Source: Scenedesmus sp. PABB004
Lineage: Eukaryota
NCBI GenBank assembly: GCA_014905635.1
Contig: JABVCE010000027.1
Coordinates: 434,001-498,000 of the forward strand
Length of the DNA stretch: 64,000 nucleotides
Direction of reading: 5' to 3'
The notes beneath the pieces are model-generated. The model ran no database searches, was not told the DNA's origin, and was given only the letters and a program-made list of their open reading frames with translations. The stretch's first letter is position 1. Each line of letters opens with the position of its first letter. Shown in pieces: positions 59,701-64,000 of this stretch. Both the position numbers and the translations under genes were made by a program.

Positions 59701-62700
59701 GCAGCGTTGGTGCCGGCCGACGAAGCCACAGAGGTGGAACACGTGACAGGGGTCACTGGGCAGGGGCGGCAGCGGCGCAAAGAGGTCAGGCGTCAGGTGG
59801 CAGCGGCCTCGGCGGTGCAGCAGGCCGATGCAACCAGGCAGCCGCGCCCGCTGCGCGCGCAAGCTCACCGGTGCAGGCCGCGGGCGTGGTCACCGTCCAC
59901 TGACCGCTCTGGCAGGTCGCCACGGGCGCCGTGCCGCTGCTGCCGCTGTTGCAGGAGCCCGTGCACGTGCTGCCGTCTGCGGTGGGGCAGGAGCCAGGCC
60001 ACGCAGCGTTGGTGCCGGCCGACGCCGCCACAGAGGTGGAACACGTGACAGGGGTCACTGGGCAGGGGCGGCAGCGGCGCAAAGAAGTCAGGCGTCAGGT
60101 GGCAAGGGCCTCGGCGGTGCAGCAGGCCGATGCAACCAGGCAGCCGCGCCCGCTGCGCGCGCAAGCTCACCGGTGCAGGCCGCGGGCGTGGTCACAGTCC
60201 ACTGACCGCTCTGGCAGGTCGCCACGGGCGCCGTGCCGCTGCTGCCGCTGTTGCAGGAGCCCGTGCACGTGCTGCCGTCTGCGGTGGGGCAGGAGCCAGG
60301 CCACGCAGCGTTGGTGCCGGCCGACGCAGCCACAGATGCGGAGCATGGCGTCGTCACTGGCGGCCAGGGACAGGGGCCCAGATCGCAGTCCTGCTGCTGC
60401 GTGGCACCGTTGGCCTGGGGGCAGGGCGCGCCGCCGTGCTGCGCCTCAGTCGCGACGGCGTATGTCGCGGTGATGGTGCCCGGGCCGCATGTCATGCTGC
60501 AGGTTGCGCCCGCCGTCGTCCAATCGCCCTTGCAGTCGATGGGACAGGGCACGCCGCAGGCAACGCTGGTCGTGTCGCCGTCGCGCAGCACCCTGCCGTC
60601 GGTGCTCAAGCACTCCGCGCCACCGTTGGACGCGGGGACTATGCGCGCGCGGCGGCGGCGGGGGCGGTGGTCAGGGCTTGGCGCCGCAGCCCGCGCCTGG
60701 CCCCTGCACAATCCATGGCTGCGACGCCACGCCGCTGTGCCAGGCGCCCCCGCACTCACTCGCAATGCGGAAGGTGAGGGTGCGCTCGCCGGCGCCGCAC
60801 TGCTTGCTGCACGCGCCGACCACCCAGGCGCCCACGCACGCCGTGGGGCAGGTGCCATCGACGGAGCAGTCGGCGGGCGCGATGGGCTCGCTGGAGACCA
60901 GCCGCTCGGCCGCAAAAACAAAACCTACCTGATCGGCTTGTGCCCCTTCCACCGGGGTGCCCTTGCGCAGCCGGCAGTCAAACGTGCCTGAGCTCACGTC
61001 GTCACCCTCGCCGCTGACGCGGAGCGCGATCACGGCGATGCACGGCACGTAGGCGAGGGCGGCGCACGCGGCCGCGCACTGAGCAAAAGGCACCCCGACA
61101 AGCGACGTGTGAACCATCGCCTCGCCCAGCGTCTGGTCGCCCTCGAGGTTGAAGAGCGCACCGTCCAGCCGCTGCTGCCCGGTGCTCGTGCGGCGCGCGA
61201 GGAGGCTGCGGCGGCGGCTGCCAAAGCGCGAGGGAATGAACAGCTTGTTGGGGCTGCCCGCGTGCGCGGTCTGCGGCGGCCAAGCGCGGCAGCGCGCGCG
61301 TGAGCAGGCAGCAGGGCGCTCGAGCAGGGCGCGCGAGCAGGCAGCAGCAGCGCCAAGCCCGCGGCAGCCCCGCTGCTGCCCACCTCGAGCAGCAGCTCGC
61401 ACTTGCCGGGCCCGCCAAACCTTCGGGCAGGGGCACATACAGGCAGGGACAGGCGTGAGGAGCGCGGCTTGCGCAGGGCTGCCAGTAGCGCATCTCAGCG
61501 GGGGCGCGGGGCGTACCTGTACAGCATGCAGCCAGCGCGTTTGGCGCACGAGGCAGCACACGATGCGGCGGTGTCCGTCCCCGGCACGGGCACTGCTGGA
61601 ATGTGGGCACTCCCCACAACGATGCCGACGGCTGGCTGGGTTGTGCGGACGCACTGCGCGGCACTGGCCGCGCCTGCGGCGTGCGCGGGCGGCGGCAGGG
61701 CGGTTGATCGAGGCCAGCGTTAGCGCACAAGGGCCGTGGCGGCGTGCGCAGCTCGCAAAAGCTGTATCGCCGTGCTGCGCGGCGTGCGCGCTCTGCCAAC
61801 ACACCCGCGGGGGCCGAAAAGCCGTCAGCGCAGGCCTGGCAGGGCCCCGCTTGCTCGGTATCGCTGAACGTGTCGACCGGGCACGCGGCGCACCCGGCGC
61901 CCTGAGCCAGGCTGCCGTGGCCCACTAGGCACAGCGAGCAGGCGGCCGCGCTGGTTGAGGTGCTGCCCAGCGTGGTTGAGCCAGGCGCGCAAGCGGTGCA
62001 GGGGGTTGGCGCGCCGCCGGCCGACCAGGTGCCGCGCGGGCAGGCCACGATGGCCTCCTCAACGCCGGTGGTGCCGAAGCCAGGTGGCAGCTGGGCGGCC
62101 GTGCACTCGTTTGCAGAGGTCGCGGCGGTCATCGGGGTGGTGCTGCCGGACGGGCAGGGCGTGCAGTGCCGCGTGATGTCGTAGCCGCGGGACCAGCTGC
62201 CCGCGGGGCAGGGGGCGGCCACCGGCACGCCCTTGCGCGAGGTGATGAAAAAGCCGGGCACGGGCACTGCGCGGCGCGCGGGGCAGCACGCGCGGCAGGC
62301 AGTGAGCATTGGCGGCGGCGGCAGCGGCAGCAGCAAAGGCGCGCCGCTCCCCGCGCGCGCCAGAGCGTGCCAGCAACTCACGGCAGGACTTAGGGCCCGC
62401 GTTGGCCGTCGCCTTGGTAGCAGCCGCCCCTGGGATCTGATCCGCGGTCACCATGTTGGCCGGGCTGCAGACGCGGCGGAGAGCGCAGCGCCGGCCATGC
62501 TGTCATCGCGCACGCGCACCCCGGGCCGCCGCCGCGCCGACAGCAGGCTCGGCAAGTCAGTGAGCGCGCGCGGCGCGCGGCGCGCGGCGCACTCACCAGC
62601 GCTGGCACTCGACCAGCATGTTGCGGGAGTAGGTCTTGTCGACGCGGCCGTACGTGCCCTGGCCGCAGCTGACCACGGTCAGCACGCCGCCCACGCGCGC

Positions 62701-63274
62701 GGTGCCGGAGCCGGGGGGGAAGAAGCAGAGGTTGTTGTCGTCCGTGGCCGTGCCGTCGGTCAGGAAGCCGGGGCCGCAGCTGCGGCAGGGCTTATTGTTC
62801 CAGCCCTCCTTTGTGCTGCCGATGGGGCAGCGCTTGGGCGTCTCGGCGTCGCTGCCAAGCGTCAGCATCCAGCCAGGCGCGGCCCCTGCGCCGGCAGGCG
62901 ACGGTTGTCGCGCGGCGCGGCGCGGCGGCAGGGCGTCGGCGGCTGCGGCTGCGCGCGGCGGCCGCGAGGCCTGGCTGTGCGCGGCAGCGCTCCCACTCAC
63001 TGCAGGCGTCGACGCCGCTCGCGGCGCGGTGCTTCACCGCGACGACCTCAGGGCCGAAGGCCTGGGAGCAGCGCTTGGGCGCGGCGGCCCCGCCAGGGCA
63101 GTAGAAGGGCGGCCGACACGCCACGCAGGCACCGGCCTCCAGAAAGGTCCCGGGTTTGCACGGCTTGCTCATCGCGAAGGTGCCCCGAGCGTGTGCGGGC
63201 GGCGCGAGCAGTGCGGCAGCCAGCGCGGCCGCCAGCACGTACAGCACCGCCCGCCGAGGGGGCATGATGGCCAT
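56739..63274 (-). CDS. Large secreted Cys-rich mosaic protein (GCC2/GCC3-like repeats, PAN-like, TSP1, 5 sushi-like repeats, 2 cadherin/Ig-like modules, C-terminal beta domain)
   Basis: Signal peptide RRAVLYVLAAALAAALLAPPAHA; CPxGxWS..C..CPxGSTT...ATSxxxC repeats; CVGAWVVGACSKQCGAGERT and DCKGDWT...CSMTCGPG.I...GGAPCP (TSP1); NTPPTFT/VNDPPTFT modules; ends VVGIDNLSFTLYEL*. Confidence 0.85.
58958..60335. repeat. 302-bp tandem repeat, ~4.6 copies; each unit is a 189-bp exon plus a 113-bp intron
   Basis: Identical ORFs recur every 302 bp; minus-strand exons 59151..58963, 59453..59265, 59755..59567 and 60057..59869, with a fifth coding copy ending at 60171. Confidence 0.97.
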
Positions 63275-63896
63275 AGACTGGACAGGCTCGCAGGCACGCG
63301 CCGGGAGGGCGCGCGGAGGCGTGCGGGCGCTTGCGGTCCCCGCTGCGCCGATGGCCGGCCCTGGGCTCTCGCGCAGGCAAGGCACAGGGGTCGCAGGGCC
63401 GCTGGATTGGATGCCTCGTGGGGCTATCAAGCAGGGGGAGCACGCGGAAAGCTGCGCGGATGCGGGACGGGCGCGCATTCTTGCCCGGCGGGGCTCCGCT
63501 CTGCCGAGCTTCCCGGCTTCCCGACCGCGCCGGGGGCGCGCGCACGCTGCCGCAACGCACGCGCCGCGCTGGGTAGGACCTGGCAGACTGACCCGTATTG
63601 CGATTGTCGCAACGAACGCGGCAGCAGGGCGGCGTGCAGCGAGGTCACAGGCACGGCAGCGGGAGCTGCGCAGCGAACGGCGGTGGACACGCGCGATCAA
63701 ATGCCGGCGGTGTGACCGGCCCGTCATGCACATACGCGCTCAGCAGCCGGGCACAATTGCAGCTCGCGCCCTCACGCACGCACGGACGGCTGTGTGCCGC
63801 TGATTGCCACACGCCGCACGAGCGCTGCGCGGCACCGCACACGGCAGCACGCCCCGCCACGCCTTGGCCCCTGCCGCGGCGGCGCAGCCACCCGCG

Positions 63897-64000
63897 TCAG
63901 CCGCGCCGCGCCAGCACGCGCGCGATGTACTCCACCGCCGGCACGTCGGCGAGCGGTTGAGGCGCCCGCGCTTGGTGAAGCCGCCCCCCGGCCGCTCACA
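63897..64000 (-). CDS. Possible 3' end of a gene entering from the right edge
   Basis: Minus frame ...PQPLADVPAVEYIARVLARRG* looks protein-like but is too short to identify. Confidence 0.35.

Noticed and set aside
58958..60335. Regular repeat array as a possible CRISPR or satellite
   Set aside because: The units are fully repeated with no unique spacers, correspond to an exon plus intron, and no cas genes are present.
1..64000. Hundreds of long Arg/Ala/Pro/Gly-rich ORFs (e.g. 9420..12677, 7922..10099, 33021..35039) suggesting overlapping or antisense genes
   Set aside because: Stop codons are rare at this GC content. These frames are shadows of spliced genes or read through introns and carry no motifs of their own.

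Overview
Extremely GC-rich, intron-containing eukaryotic DNA. Gene content and splice signals point to a chlorophycean green alga, probably Sphaeropleales (inference). Most long ORFs in the supplied track are high-GC artefacts; the real genes are spliced and were rebuilt here by eye from exon fragments, so internal boundaries are approximate. About 26 densely packed protein-coding genes are supported: PP2C, an orphan, SWC6/ZNHIT1, a DEDDh exonuclease, ICMT, an MTM1-like carrier, a scramblase, prefoldin 2, RPB12, a small secreted Gly/Trp/Asn-rich peptide precursor, a K+ channel with a CNB-like domain, L2HGDH, an SDR, leucine aminopeptidase, an EamA transporter, an opine dehydrogenase, a delta-4 desaturase, a tropinone-reductase-like SDR, a large orphan, NDUFB10, PP2A-B55, LOG, a histidine-kinase rhodopsin, a UPF0014 permease and a large secreted mosaic protein. 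Most notable: (1) a rhodopsin-HK-receiver-cyclase with an apparently dead cyclase, head-to-head with LOG; (2) an opine dehydrogenase head-to-head with an EamA transporter; (3) a candidate amidated-peptide precursor ending WGWGR*; (4) a ~370-bp inverted duplication bracketing two genes; (5) a mosaic secreted protein with TSP1, PAN-like and bacterial-type cadherin-like modules plus a 302-bp exon+intron tandem array; (6) frequent GC-AG introns. No rRNA, tRNA, CRISPR array or transposase was recognised.
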